NCBI GenBank assembly: GCA_963772725.1 | Contig: CAVYYI010000002.1 | Span: 430,894-494,893 of the forward strand | DNA from: an uncultured Phycisphaerales bacterium | Lineage (GTDB): Bacteria; Planctomycetota; Phycisphaerae; Sedimentisphaerales; Anaerobacaceae | DNA: 64,000 nt | Reading direction: 5' to 3' | In this document: positions 30,182 through 41,744 of the stretch, in pieces | Layout: the number at the start of each line of letters is the position of its first letter | Numbering within the stretch: position 1 is the first letter of the stretch | Program-made: the position numbers and the translations under genes | Notes under the pieces: generated by a model | Told to the model about the DNA's origin: nothing | Seen by the model: the letters and a program-made list of their open reading frames with translations, nothing else | Databases searched by the model: none

Positions 30182-31333
30182 ATGCGGAATACCCCGAAAG
30201 TCGTATTACAGATAGAAACGTCGCGTGCTTATGGTCGAGGTCTTTTGCACGGCATTGCCAAATACGCCCGTATGCACGGTCCGTGGATATTCTACAGGGA
30301 ACACAGCGGCCTCGAAAAATCGCTGCCCAAACTTAAAGACTGGGGCGTAACAGGCATTATTCTACGCGACGCGAGCAATATCGAAAAAATAGTCTCAGGA
30401 AACATACCCGCCATCTTCGCCATACACATGGAAGACAAAGATAAAATGCCGCACATGCTTCACACGGTCATAACCGATGATGACGCGATAGGAACACTTG
30501 CCGCTGAACATCTCCTCGATAGAGGCTTTCAAAACTTTGGTTATTGCGGTTTTGACGAAACACAATGGTCAAGAGCTCGCGGAAATGCCTTTGGCAGGCG
30601 GATTGCCAGGAATAAGTTTGAAACCCATATCTATACGAGTCTGACAAAAAAACATTCCTGGAGCGAGGAACTCGCTTCCGTGGCTGCGTGGTTAATATCA
30701 TTACCCAAACCTGTTGGTATAATGGCTTGTAACGATGACCGCGCACAGCACATTCTCGAAGCGGCAAAGATTATAAACGTTAAAATACCTGAAGAAGCGG
30801 CCGTGGTTGGGGTTGATAATGATGAACTGCTTTGCGAGCTTTCCGACCCCCCGTTATCGAGCATAGCTCTTAATACTGAAAAAGGGGGCTATGAAGCGGC
30901 GGCTATTCTCGATAAGCTTATGGCGGGCAAACATATTAAAGGGCGAATAATATCAATCGAACCAGTCAAAGTTGTAGTCCGGCGTTCAACAGACATTTTA
31001 GCTGTAAATGACGATGAGGTCGCAGCGGCAGTTGAATATATCCGCAACCATGCCAGAGAAAAAATCCTTATAAAAAATGTAGTTAACGCGACAACCACCT
31101 CCCGGAGGAATCTGCAAAAACAATTTCGCAGGATATTAGGTCGCTCGATTCTCGATGAAATCAAACGTGTCCACGCTGAGCATATCGCCTATATGCTGAC
31201 CGAAACAAACTTCTCTTTGTCCTATATCGCCGAGTCTCTTGGATATAACAATATGTACAACCTTTCACGGTTTTTCAGGGAGGCAAAAGGAATTAACGCC
31301 TTAACATACCGCAAACGCTTCGGTAAAATATAA
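30182..31333 (+). CDS. XylR-type regulator (LacI-like sensor + AraC HTH)
   Basis: ETSRAYGRGLLHGI, MACNDDRA, GVDNDELLCELSDPPLSS, RRSTD. Confidence 0.9.
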   Translation: MRNTPKVVLQIETSRAYGRGLLHGIAKYARMHGPWIFYREHSGLEKSLPKLKDWGVTGIILRDASNIEKIVSGNIPAIFAIHMEDKDKMPHMLHTVITDDDAIGTLAAEHLLDRGFQNFGYCGFDETQWSRARGNAFGRRIARNKFETHIYTSLTKKHSWSEELASVAAWLISLPKPVGIMACNDDRAQHILEAAKIINVKIPEEAAVVGVDNDELLCELSDPPLSSIALNTEKGGYEAAAILDKLMAGKHIKGRIISIEPVKVVVRRSTDILAVNDDEVAAAVEYIRNHAREKILIKNVVNATTTSRRNLQKQFRRILGRSILDEIKRVHAEHIAYMLTETNFSLSYIAESLGYNNMYNLSRFFREAKGINALTYRKRFGKI

Positions 31334-31436
31334 TAGCGGAATTCTGAGATTCTACTTAATTGATTCGCAGAAGCATTGCATTGGGGCCGCATTTTTGTTA
31401 ATATGATATGTTTGATAGTTTTTAGAATAGATAACA

Positions 31437-33244
31437 ATGAACACCGAACATATACGAAATTTTTCGATAATCGCGCATATCGACCACGGCAAAAGTACAC
31501 TGGCCGACCGGATACTTGAAATCACTGGCGCTGTCAGTTCACGCGAGAAGAAAGACCAGCTCCTCGACGATATGGATATCGAGCGTGAACGCGGCATCAC
31601 CATCAAGGCCTCCGCGGTAACTATGAACTATGTTCACGATGACGTTACATATATGCTGAATCTCATCGATACGCCAGGTCACGTGGATTTCCACTATGAA
31701 GTTTCACGCTCTCTGGCGGCCTGCGAAGGCGCGCTTCTGGTCGTTGACGCCACACAGGGCGTACAGGCACAGACCGTCGCCAATGCATATCTGGCAGTCG
31801 AAGCGGGCTGGAAATTGCTGGGCGTTATCAATAAAGTGGACCTGCCTGCCGCTCAGCCCGATATCACTGCCGAAGAAATCGAACACATCATCGGTATCAG
31901 GAAAAGCGAATGTTTCCATATATCCGCCAAAACCGGTATCGGCGTAAAAGAGCTTCTCGACGCCATTGTAACTCTCCTGCCGCCGCCGCCTGACCGAAGC
32001 GGCGAACCGACTGCGGCGCTCATATTCGACAGCCTGTCCGATGAATATCGCGGCGTAATATGTTATGTCCGCGTCTTTGCTGGCAGCCTGAAACTAAAGC
32101 AGAAAATTACCCTGATGGGCAGCGAACGCAACTACATTATCACCGAACTGGGCAAATTGACCCCCAAAATGACTCCCGTGGACGAGCTTAGGCACAGGCG
32201 AGGTAGGCTACGTTATCGCCAATATCCGCAGGCTCGCGGACGTTACCATCGGCGACACAATAACCGACGAAACTGCCCCCGCCGCAAAACCGCTGCCCGG
32301 TTACAAAGCCCCGATGCAGATGGTTTTCTCCGATTTTTACCCGGGCAACAACACCGATTACCCAAAGCTGCGCTCTGCATTCGAAAGATTAACTCTCAAT
32401 GACGCCAGTTTTTCATTTTCACCGCAAAATTCTCCCGCGCTGGGTTTCGGATTCCGTTGCGGATTTCTCGGCCTGCTGCACATGGACATCGTCCAGGAAC
32501 GCCTTGAACGCGAAAACGATATCGACGTTGTCCAGACCGCGCCGACCGTCAGTTATGAAATACTGACCAGTGACGGCAAAAGTAAAACGAATCGACTCGC
32601 CCAGCGAATTGCCCGATCTGCAGCCACATAGAAGAACTGCGCGAGCCGTTCGTCAAACTCGAGATTATTACCGCCGACAGATTCGATCGGCGGGATTATG
32701 CAGTTTGGCTGAACAACGCCGCTGCAAACTCATCAAAACAGATTATCTAAGCCAAACACGGGTGATGATCGAATATCAAGGCTCCGCTGGCGGAAATCGT
32801 CTATGATTTTTACGACCTGCTGAAAGGTATCAGCCACGGCTACGCGACAATGGATTACGAATTTATCGGTTTTGAGGCCAGCAACCTCGTCAAAATAGAT
32901 ATTCTCGTCAACAGGATACCCGTTGATGCGCTGTCTTTGATCGTACATCGCAACAACGCCGAAGCAGCGAGGCCGAAGACTGCATAATCAAGCTGCGAAA
33001 AGCGATACCTCGCCATCAGTTTGAAATCCCGCTTCAGGTCGCTATCGGCGGCAAGATTATCGCCCGCGAAACCATAAAGGCCTTTCGCAAGGATGTTACC
33101 GCAAAACTTTACGGCGGCGACGTTACACGAAAAATGAAACTCCTCAAAAAACAAAAAGAAGGCAAAAAACGAATGAAAAATATCGGCTCCGTGGACATCC
33201 CGCAGGAAGCCTTTATGAGCATCCTCGACACCAGTGAAGATTAA
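31437..33244 (+). CDS. lepA: Translation elongation factor 4, several apparent frameshifts
   Basis: [42 protein letters not shown]-terminal [17 protein letters not shown] read across frames. Confidence 0.93.
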
Positions 33245-33479
33245 CACATACTTTTTTATCTGTCATCTTGGGGTTTTATGTTTTCCACCTATATGAAAGG
33301 CTGTTTTTATACCGGTTACCACCTGCAAATAGCAGATACGCCCACCCTTAAAAAAATGGCAAAATAATAGTTGCATTGCTGATGAGACTGTGATAAACTA
33401 TTAACTTACAAGGAATGGCAATTCTATATAAATTGGGTATGGGAAATTTGCGGATTTTGCTTTGATTTTGTCCTGAAGG

Positions 33480-35517
33480 ATGGGCATTAATATGGCCACA
33501 GGGAAAAAAAAAGCCAAAAGTAAACCGGCCCGGCATCATCGCAGCACATCTGAAAAATACACACAAGAAGCAGTCAGCGTACGAACGCCTATCGAAAAAT
33601 CAGGCGACTTCTATTACAATCTATATAAACTATCTCCTGTCGGGCATTTTGTTTTTGACGAGAACGGACTGATTATGGATGTGAATTTTACCGGCGCCAC
33701 CCTGCTGGGCAAGCCAAAAAATTCACTGATAAAACAACCGTTCACCAGTTTTGTCTGCAAAGACCATCAGAATATATTTAATCTTCACCTGAAGAAAACG
33801 GCGAAAACCAATACCTGCCAAATTTGCAGGATAAGACTCATCAGGAAAGGCGGAACCGAATTTTTTGCACGTCTTAAAACCGCGGCATTAAAAAATATGC
33901 AAGGCAACTGCATCAGTTTCATATCGGTAATAGGCGACATTACCGCCCGCAAAAAAGCTGAAGAAAAACTCAGAGACAGCGAGGAAAAATACCGCGAGCT
34001 TGTTGAAACTGCCAACAGTATTATTATGCGAAGGGCAGTTGACGGCAATATCACTTTTTTTAACGAATTTGCCCAGAAATTTTTCGGCTATACCGAGGAG
34101 GAAATTCTGGGTCGCAACGTTGTCGGCACTATTGTCCCGGCCTCGGACAGTCTCGGTCATAATCTGGCGGATATGATTGACAATATCGCCAAAACGCCTG
34201 AATTATACCAGAACAATGAAAATGAAAACATGCGTAAAAACGGCGAGCGTGTCTGGGTTGCCTGGACGAATAAGCCTATTAAAGACAAGGACGGCAACAT
34301 CGTGGAGATGCTTTGCGTGGGCAACGACATTACCAAACGGAAAGAGGCCGAGGTAGAGTTGGATAAGCTTAATAAAAAGCTAAAGTATCAGGCTGGGCAA
34401 TTGCGCAAACTATGCAAAGAGTTGACAGAGACAGAGCATCGTGAGCGACAGAGATTAGCCAGAATACTGCACGACGACCTCCAGCAATTAATGGCGGCGG
34501 CGAAATTGAAGGTTGCGGTATTACGCCATAAAATCAAGGATACCGATTTGCTCCGGTCACTCGGCGATATCGATGAAGTACTGAAACAATCAATTGATAT
34601 TTCCAGGTCGCTGGCCGTTGAGCTTTCGCCTCTGCTGACGCACAAAGGAGGATTGATGCCGGCGTTAAAATGGCTGTGTGAACATATGCATAAAAAATTC
34701 GGCCTGAACGTAAATGTCGAAGCCAACGGCGAGGCGGAATCAGTTGATGACGAATGTAGAATTGTTCTCTTTGAGGCCGTACGGGAGTTAATCTTCAACG
34801 TTGTCAAACACGCGGGAACAAAAACCGCCGACGTTCGGGTAAAATGTTCCGACCAAGAGTTTAATATTGAAGTTAAAGACAAGGGCGCCGGTTTCGACCC
34901 GACACACTATCAGTCCGGTACGGATTTTCCCGAAGGCTCGGGGCTGCTCAATATCAGAGAACGGCTTTCTTTGCTCGGCGGACGAATAGGAATAGACAGT
35001 GCACCAAACGCGGGCACCTGTATTACATTATCCGCTCCGCTGTGTAAAACTGTTCAATTAAAAAAAATGGCGAAAACATCGGTTGCCGCAAAAACGCAAC
35101 CATTCCAGCGACCCCTGCCATTTTCCGCGTCCAGCTTGCCTGTTGAAAAGACAAAAAAGATTCGCGTTCTGCTCGCCGACGACCACGAAATTGTGCGAGC
35201 GGGATTAACCAGCCTTCTGAAGCACGAAAACGATATAGACGTAGTCGCGCAGGCAAGCAACGGTCAGATGGCATTAGATATGGTCAAGCGCTATAAACCG
35301 GATATCGTAATTATGGACGTATCCATGCCTGTGATAAATGGTCTCGATGCTACGCGGCAAATTGCGGATGAATTTCCGGATATTAAAGTAATTGGGCTTT
35401 CAATGCACGAAGATGAGGCACATAGCAACGGCAATGAAACAGGCTGGCGCAGCGGCGTATATAGCCAAATCTGACGCCTGCGAAAAACTCGTCTCCACTA
35501 TACGAGCCTCCTTTTAA
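33480..35517 (+). CDS. Hybrid PAS-PAS / HisKA_3-type histidine kinase with C-terminal receiver (frameshift near 35420)
   Basis: ERQRLARILHDDLQQ, N-box ELIFNVVKHA, DKGAGF; ADDH..MDVSMP. Confidence 0.88.
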
Positions 35518-35655
35518 TCCGCATATTTATTTTTTACCTTTTACTTTTTGCTTTTAAACTGGATTGCATTTGACTTTCTTAAAAAATGTGCTATCATAAA
35601 AGTTTGTAATTGTCGTTTTTTACAGGATTTGTGAAGGGTATTCAAAAAGGGGAAT

Positions 35656-36135
35656 GTGATGATATTAAACTCCGGGGCTGAGATACGGGCAACAATAGTC
35701 GGCTCTGAAAAGGACAGCTTTGTCCCGGACGCAATCACTTTACTCAGGGGGTATAAAATAAATTTCGGCCTGTGTCAGGATATTTACGCGGCAGCGGGCA
35801 GCCTGGCAAAAAGTTACGCGGCAAATATTCTGATTATCGGCCAGCTTAAAGAGCTGGGCAAACAAAACGGACAATTTTTCGATATCGCAGGCGGGAACAA
35901 TTATCTCTGCTGCTGTTTTGTCGGAGGTCAAAATACTCAAAGCCAGATTTCAAGAGCGAAAAAGGCAGGCGTTACTTTGATAACTAAAACAGAGGAACTT
36001 GAAGAAATTATCAGCACAATCGCGACCGGTAAACAGTCCTCGCAAATGAAAACCGGCAATAATAAAGTAAACAAATTCAGTAAAGAAGATTTTAGTCCAA
36101 GTGCGGCGGAACTTGACGCTTTACTCGGAATTTAA
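35656..36135 (+). CDS. Hypothetical protein, co-transcribed with the GGDEF gene
   Basis: 159-aa ORF 18 nt before the GGDEF gene. Confidence 0.6.
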   Translation: MMILNSGAEIRATIVGSEKDSFVPDAITLLRGYKINFGLCQDIYAAAGSLAKSYAANILIIGQLKELGKQNGQFFDIAGGNNYLCCCFVGGQNTQSQISRAKKAGVTLITKTEELEEIISTIATGKQSSQMKTGNNKVNKFSKEDFSPSAAELDALLGI

Positions 36136-36153
36136 GGATGGAGAAGGTCGATT

Positions 36154-37191
36154 ATGCAGAATTTATCTGACAGCGGCAGCCGGGAATTTATGCTGATAGG
36201 TAATGTCAGCATAGCCTTCAATGACGCTGAAAACCTCAAGGAATCACCCTGCGAAGTTTATGAAAATATACTTGAGGGTATCGACACGGCAGCAAAATAT
36301 AATTTCAAAAAAATCGGCGTCGTGGCAAGCGGAATGGCCGGTGAACTCGCCCCGGCGTTAAAGGCGTTAAGAACAGCCAGCAGAGCGAAAATTATTCTTC
36401 TTGTGCGGATGTATGAAGAACCGCTGGCGGTCAGACTTGTCAATTCAGCCAATAACGGCGCAGCTCTGGCGGACGATTACCTGATTTGCCCTGTTCAGAC
36501 AAAAAGTTTTTTGGGGCCTGTCTTACCCGACAGAGATAAACAGATGAGCCGGTCTGCCCCCGCCGTGGAAAACCAGAGCGACTCGAAAAGGCATGTGCTT
36601 GAAGAACTGGCGACCACCGATGAGCTGACAGGATTGAAGAACCGCAGGTACATCTGGGAATTCGCCAGACAGATTATTGAACACTCGAAAAAGACCGGCG
36701 GGCGGGTTACACTGCTTATGTTCGATATCGACAATTTCAAGCATTATAACGATGTTTACGGCCATCCGGCGGGCGATGAAATCTTAAAGCAGGCGGCGGT
36801 CTTAATGAAGCGGAGTTGCCGCTGGCATGATGTCGTCGGAAGAATTGGCGGCGATGAGTTCACCGTTGTCTTCTGGGACGACCCGCAGAAGCAAAAAACC
36901 GGCAGCGAAGAGGAGAGGCGTTCCACCCAGGCGGACCATCCTAAAGAGGTACTCTTTATCGCACAGCGTTTCAGAAGAGAATTGAATAGTGCCGAACTGC
37001 CGCTGCTTGGACCTGAGGGTAAAGGCGTTCTGGCGATTAGCGGCGGCCTGGCGAGCTACCCGCGCGACGGCTCAACCATCGAGGAGCTTTTCAAACAGGC
37101 CGACACCGCCCTGCTTGACGCCAAACGCAGCGGGAAAAACAGAATATACATCGTCGGAAAACCTGACAGCGACATAGCCGATATCAGGTGA
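36154..37191 (+). CDS. Diguanylate cyclase
   Basis: DELTGLKNRR, DIDNFK..ND..GH..GD, RxxD (RWHD) I-site, GGDEF. Confidence 0.92.
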   Translation: MQNLSDSGSREFMLIGNVSIAFNDAENLKESPCEVYENILEGIDTAAKYNFKKIGVVASGMAGELAPALKALRTASRAKIILLVRMYEEPLAVRLVNSANNGAALADDYLICPVQTKSFLGPVLPDRDKQMSRSAPAVENQSDSKRHVLEELATTDELTGLKNRRYIWEFARQIIEHSKKTGGRVTLLMFDIDNFKHYNDVYGHPAGDEILKQAAVLMKRSCRWHDVVGRIGGDEFTVVFWDDPQKQKTGSEEERRSTQADHPKEVLFIAQRFRRELNSAELPLLGPEGKGVLAISGGLASYPRDGSTIEELFKQADTALLDAKRSGKNRIYIVGKPDSDIADIR

Positions 37192-37198
37192 TTCAAAT

Positions 37199-37250
37199 TA
37201 ACCACGAATGCACACGAATAAACACAATTAAATCTGCGCAAATCTGTCTG
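37199..37250. repeat. 9-nt-period intergenic repeat element
   Basis: TAACCACGAATGCACACGAATAAACACAAT, 28/30 identical to 58913-58942. Confidence 0.7.
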
Positions 37251-37310
37251 CCTCACCTTAGTTGGCGAAAGCGTGTGTCAACCAGCGGTTAAATAAGTAT
37301 TTTTAACTCG

Positions 37311-37646
37311 CTATTCCGGAACGGGGAGTTCATTTTCCTGACGGTTGAGTTTGGCCAGTTCCGCCAGCGACATCGGCTCAGCGACTTTGCGGTAGCCAAT
37401 CGCGATTATGACCTCAAGTACTTCTGTCCAGGTAGGAAATGGTTTTGCGTTTTTCCGCTTGAATTCATCAATCGCCCGCAGAAATTCCATCTGTTCATCG
37501 GTCATCTGCCCTTCCTCGGCGGCTTTACGCGAATCGCTTCTGCGTCTGCCTGGACCCCGGTGAAGGTTCAGACCCAAGCGTCTGTCAACGACATTCTGCC
37601 TGCGGTCGTAATTGGGAAGGTCTTTTATAAAATCCTGTTCACTCAT
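37311..37646 (-). CDS. Small conserved hypothetical protein with DRR repeats
   Basis: DRR..DRR..GRRR then [27 protein letters not shown]. Confidence 0.75.
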   Translation of the reverse strand: MSEQDFIKDLPNYDRRQNVVDRRLGLNLHRGPGRRRSDSRKAAEEGQMTDEQMEFLRAIDEFKRKNAKPFPTWTEVLEVIIAIGYRKVAEPMSLAELAKLNRQENELPVPE

Positions 37647-37663
37647 TTTTGTTCTCCTGTGGA

Positions 37664-37981
37664 TTAATAATCGTAGTCAGAAATTCCATCGATTAAATCG
37701 TCTTCATCGTCTTCGGAAGAAAAATCGTAAATGTCATCGTAGGAACTCTGCGACTCAATTATTATCTGTGCCTCGTTGAGATATTCTTCAGGGACAAGGA
37801 CTGCCAGCGTTTTTTCATCGGCTGACTCCTCGTATTCCTCTTTTACCATCGCGGGGATGTCGTTATTTTTAAGAAGGCTTTCATAATCCCTGGCCTGTTC
37901 CATATCTTCAGCATAGCAGACAGCGACCAGTTCCTTCGTTTTTGTGCTCATTTTCCTGTTTTTTGATGAACGCTTTGTCAT
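37664..37981 (-). CDS. DUF2007-like small protein with acidic tail
   Basis: A...[24 protein letters not shown]. Confidence 0.6.
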   Translation of the reverse strand: MTKRSSKNRKMSTKTKELVAVCYAEDMEQARDYESLLKNNDIPAMVKEEYEESADEKTLAVLVPEEYLNEAQIIIESQSSYDDIYDFSSEDDEDDLIDGISDYDY

Positions 37982-38330
37982 CTCAGTATCTCCATAACAT
38001 AACAAAAACACTTTTCTTTAATACCAATACCGCCTGGCAAATCTGAGAAGTTTTTCGCTCTGACCTATTCGTCAAAAAACGCGGGGGTAATTATTAAAAT
38101 CATGGAAAATTTTTGCTAAAAATGTAAAAAAACAAGAACCCACAGACCGCATTGTAAAAATGTGAACTTGCTTATAAGGCCGTATAATCTAAAAAAAATG
38201 CATTTCTACGTATTTTTTTATTGCAAAATTCGATTATTATAGGTACTAAGACATACTAACGTGCCGGCCTTACGGATAAGTTCGAGCCGGGAATGGGAAA
38301 ATTATTATTTTAACATGGAGGTATTTTCGA

Positions 38331-38522
38331 ATGGCAAAAAAAGAATCCAGAGACTCTTTGATAGTAGCCAGCAAAGTAAAGGCTTACATCAAAAGCAAAA
38401 AAATGATGACAGCATCTGACTCGCTCGCCAAAATAAGCGACAAGGTGTATTGCATGCTTGATCTCGCGATTGAACGGACAAAGGCCAATCGCCGCAGCAC
38501 CGTCAAGCCGCAGGACCTGTAA
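38331..38522 (+). CDS. Bacterial histone (single histone fold)
   Basis: LIVASKVKAYIK, long alpha2, L2/alpha3 motif RSTVKPQDL; SD GGAGG; own terminator. Confidence 0.85.
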   Translation: MAKKESRDSLIVASKVKAYIKSKKMMTASDSLAKISDKVYCMLDLAIERTKANRRSTVKPQDL

Positions 38523-38575
38523 ACAGCTCAGGCAGAAACGCTTATTGGGTTTCTGCAGTAATATGGATGCAATTT

Positions 38576-38616
38576 AAAAGCCGTTCCTGTATGGTTTATA
38601 CAGGAGCGGTTTTTTT
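38576..38616 (+). terminator. Intrinsic terminator of the histone gene
   Basis: GCCGTTCCTGTAT/ATACAGGAGCGGT plus T-run. Confidence 0.8.
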
Positions 38617-39016
38617 ATTTAATACGGTATTTTATCGGCCGTTAAATTCAACAGCTGTATTACCATATACTTTGTCGCCTCAACTTATCAATTAGTTATC
38701 GGTCCTTAGTCATAAAGGAACTCATTTTATACCAATAAATAAATCATCTGTACCATTTACTGTTCCATATTTATAGGACATCAAAAAAGTCTTAAAATAT
38801 TTGTTTATCAGTATCAAAAATTAGCTTTTTTCAGAAGATTTACTTAACTTCGCATAGGCAAAACCCCGATTTATATAACAGGAATCATTAAAAGAGTTTC
38901 ATTCTTAGCAATTACATCTAAGGAAGCAGGTTTAGATGCCGACAAGATAGTTATTGCCGGACAAACCGGCCAATGACCTTTTTGTTTTTTATTTAAGATA
39001 ACTATCGAGGGTTGAA

Positions 39017-40337
39017 ATGAAAGTTTTTATGTTGGGCTGGGAATTTCCGCCGTTCATCAGCGGCGGTCTGGGGACGGCTTGTTACGGATTAACAAAAGCC
39101 ATGACCCAGCTCGATTTAAAAGTTACTTTCGTACTGCCAAAACTTGTTGACAGCAAATACGCAACACACGTCAAATTGTTAAATCCGCGATGCCTGACGG
39201 ACAAATCCTTCGCTGCTTCATACCGATTCGATGAATTGAAAAATGTAACGTTTATGACAATCAAGTCCCCCCTGCAGCCATATTCAACACCCGAAATTTA
39301 TCAGCAGAAAATTGAAGAAACACTCAAGCAAAAACGGCTTGCCAGAGAGGGTTTCACGGTTAAGGAAGATACCTCTGTCACGGGGACTGATTACAGCGGC
39401 GATATGTACACCGAGGTTCATCGATATGCCGCCATGGCGGCACGACTGGCACTAAATGAGCAATTTCGATATTATTCATGCCCACGACTGGATGACCTAT
39501 CCGGCGGCAATCGCGGTGGCGGCAATGACCGGCAAGCCGCTGGTGGTGCACGTGCATTCGACGGAATTTGACCGCAGCGGCGAACATGTCAATCAGATGA
39601 TTTACGATATCGAACGCAAAGGGATGCACGCCGCGGACAGAATTATCGCGGTAAGCCATCTGACGCGAAATATCATTATCAGCCGCTACGGCATACCGGG
39701 CGAAAAAGTTGAAGTCGTCTATAACGGCGTTGAACGCAATGGTAACGGAAAGCATCATACGGACCTTGCCGGAAGTCGGATATTGATAAAGATGAAAAAA
39801 TCGTGCTGTTTCTCGGCCGAATCACGATGCAGAAAGGGCCGGAATATTTTCTGGCGGCCGCCAAAAAAGTGCTCGAAGTAGATGGACAATGTCAAATTCG
39901 TGATGGCCGGCTCCGGCGATATGATGCGCACGGACCATCGAAATGGCCGCCGGACTGGGCATCGGCCACAAAGTGCTTTTTACCGGCTTTTTGCGGGGTG
40001 AGGACGTTGAGAAGGTATTTCAGATGGCGGATCTGTATGTGATGCCGTCTGTTTCAGAGCCTTTCGGAATCGCCCCGCTTGAAGCGCTTGAATCATGATG
40101 TGCCGGTGATCATCAGCAAGCAAAGCGGCGTTGCAGAAGTGCTCACGCACGCCCTGAAAGTCGATTTCTGGGATGTCGATGAAATGGCCAACAAGATTAT
40201 CGCGGTGCTGAAATATCCGCCGCTGCAGAATGACGCTGCGAGAACACGGCAATTTTGAGGTCAGAAAATTGCAGATGGAAAGATTCGCCGCACAGCGTTG
40301 TGCAAGAATTTATGGAGAAATATTGGTAAGCGTTTAA
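39017..40337 (+). CDS. GT4 glycosyltransferase (glycogen synthase-like), multiple apparent frameshifts
   Basis: MLGWEFPPFISGGLGTAC, HAHDWMT, HSTEFDR, GRITMQKGPEYF, PSVSEPFGI across frames. Confidence 0.85.
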
Positions 40338-40368
40338 ATTATAGAAAGCGGATGTAAAAGGCGATAAT

Positions 40369-41598
40369 ATGGCTTCAATATGTTTTTATTTTCAGGTTCA
40401 TCAGCCGTTTCGGCTGCGGCATTACACGGTCTTTGATAAAAGCACCGCACTATTTTGACGATTACAAAAACGCGACCATCTGCCGCAAGGTCGCCAACAA
40501 ATGCTATCTGCCGACCAATCGGCTGATGCTGGATATCATAAGCAGATATGAGGGCAGATTCAAGATTTCATACAGCATCACCGGTACACTGCTTGAACAG
40601 CTTCAGCAATACTGCCCGGAAGTGATGAGCACATTTGATGCGCTTGCGCAGACAGGCTGCGTAGAATTCTCGGCGAAACTTATTATCACAGTCTGAGCTT
40701 TCTTGTATTCGCGGGAGGAATTCATCGAACAGGTCAACAAGCACACGCGACACCATCAAGCGGCTCTTCGGTCAAACACCCGCGTATTCCGCAATACCGA
40801 ACTGATTTACAATAACGATCTTGCGGCGACACATCGAGTCAATCGGCGGATTTGACGCGATATTAGCCGAAGGGGCAGACCATATCCTCGGCTATCAGAA
40901 GTCCGAACTTTGTCTATCGCCCGCCCAATTGCAGCGAGCTTAAAGCTGCTGCTGAAAAATTACACGCTCAGCGACGATATCGCGTTTCGATTTTCAAACC
41001 GCGGCTGGGCCGAATGGCCGCTGACGGCCGACAAATTCACCGGATGGGTCAATCAGGTCAACGGCTACGGCTATGTCGTCAATCTGTTTATGGATTATGA
41101 AACATTCGGCGACACCAGTGGGAAGATACCGGCATATTTGAGTTTATGAGGCATCTGCCGGAAGAAATCTTCAAACATCCCGACAATAATTTTAAAACTC
41201 CCAGCGAGGTGGTGGCCAAACCTACGAAGCCAGCGATGTCGTTGATGTGCCGCATCATGATAAGCTGGGCGGATATCGAAAGAGATCTGTCGGCGTGGCT
41301 GGGCAATCGCGATGCAGTCGAACGCACTGCATGAAATTTATCGGCTTGAAAAGCAAGGTCAAAGCAACCGGCGACGAAGCAATCATTGAACGACTGGCGA
41401 AAACTGCAGACCTCCGACCATTTCTATTATATGTGCACCAAGTGGTTCTCGGATGGCGATGTGCATAAGTATTTCAATCCGTATGATTCGCCTTACGATT
41501 CCTACATCAATTTTATGAATGTGCTTTCAAATCTCCAGGGCCGCTGTATCGTGAAAACCGCAGGCAAAAAAGATGATTTATTTTCAACTCTAACCTGA
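40369..41598 (+). CDS. GH57 alpha-amylase family protein, multiple apparent frameshifts
   Basis: FYFQVHQPFRL, LSDDIAFRFS, FMDYETFG, SWADIERDLSAWLGN, LQTSDHFYYMCTK. Confidence 0.88.
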
Positions 41599-41744
41599 AA
41601 AACTCTCGCTTTACAAATCAAAAGTGGATAAAATTACCTCTACATCGCAACTAATCCGCCAAAAACGGATTGTTTTGTTCTTTGGGGGTTCGAATTTTGA
41701 ATTTGTTTAGGTATTAAAATTTAGAGCTTAGGATTTTTTATTAT

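Noticed and set aside
38911..38970. AAGGAAGCAG in a hairpin, resembling SRP RNA or a riboswitch upstream of GT4
   Set aside because: The matching CAGG half of SRP helix 8 is not placed correctly and no riboswitch consensus could be completed
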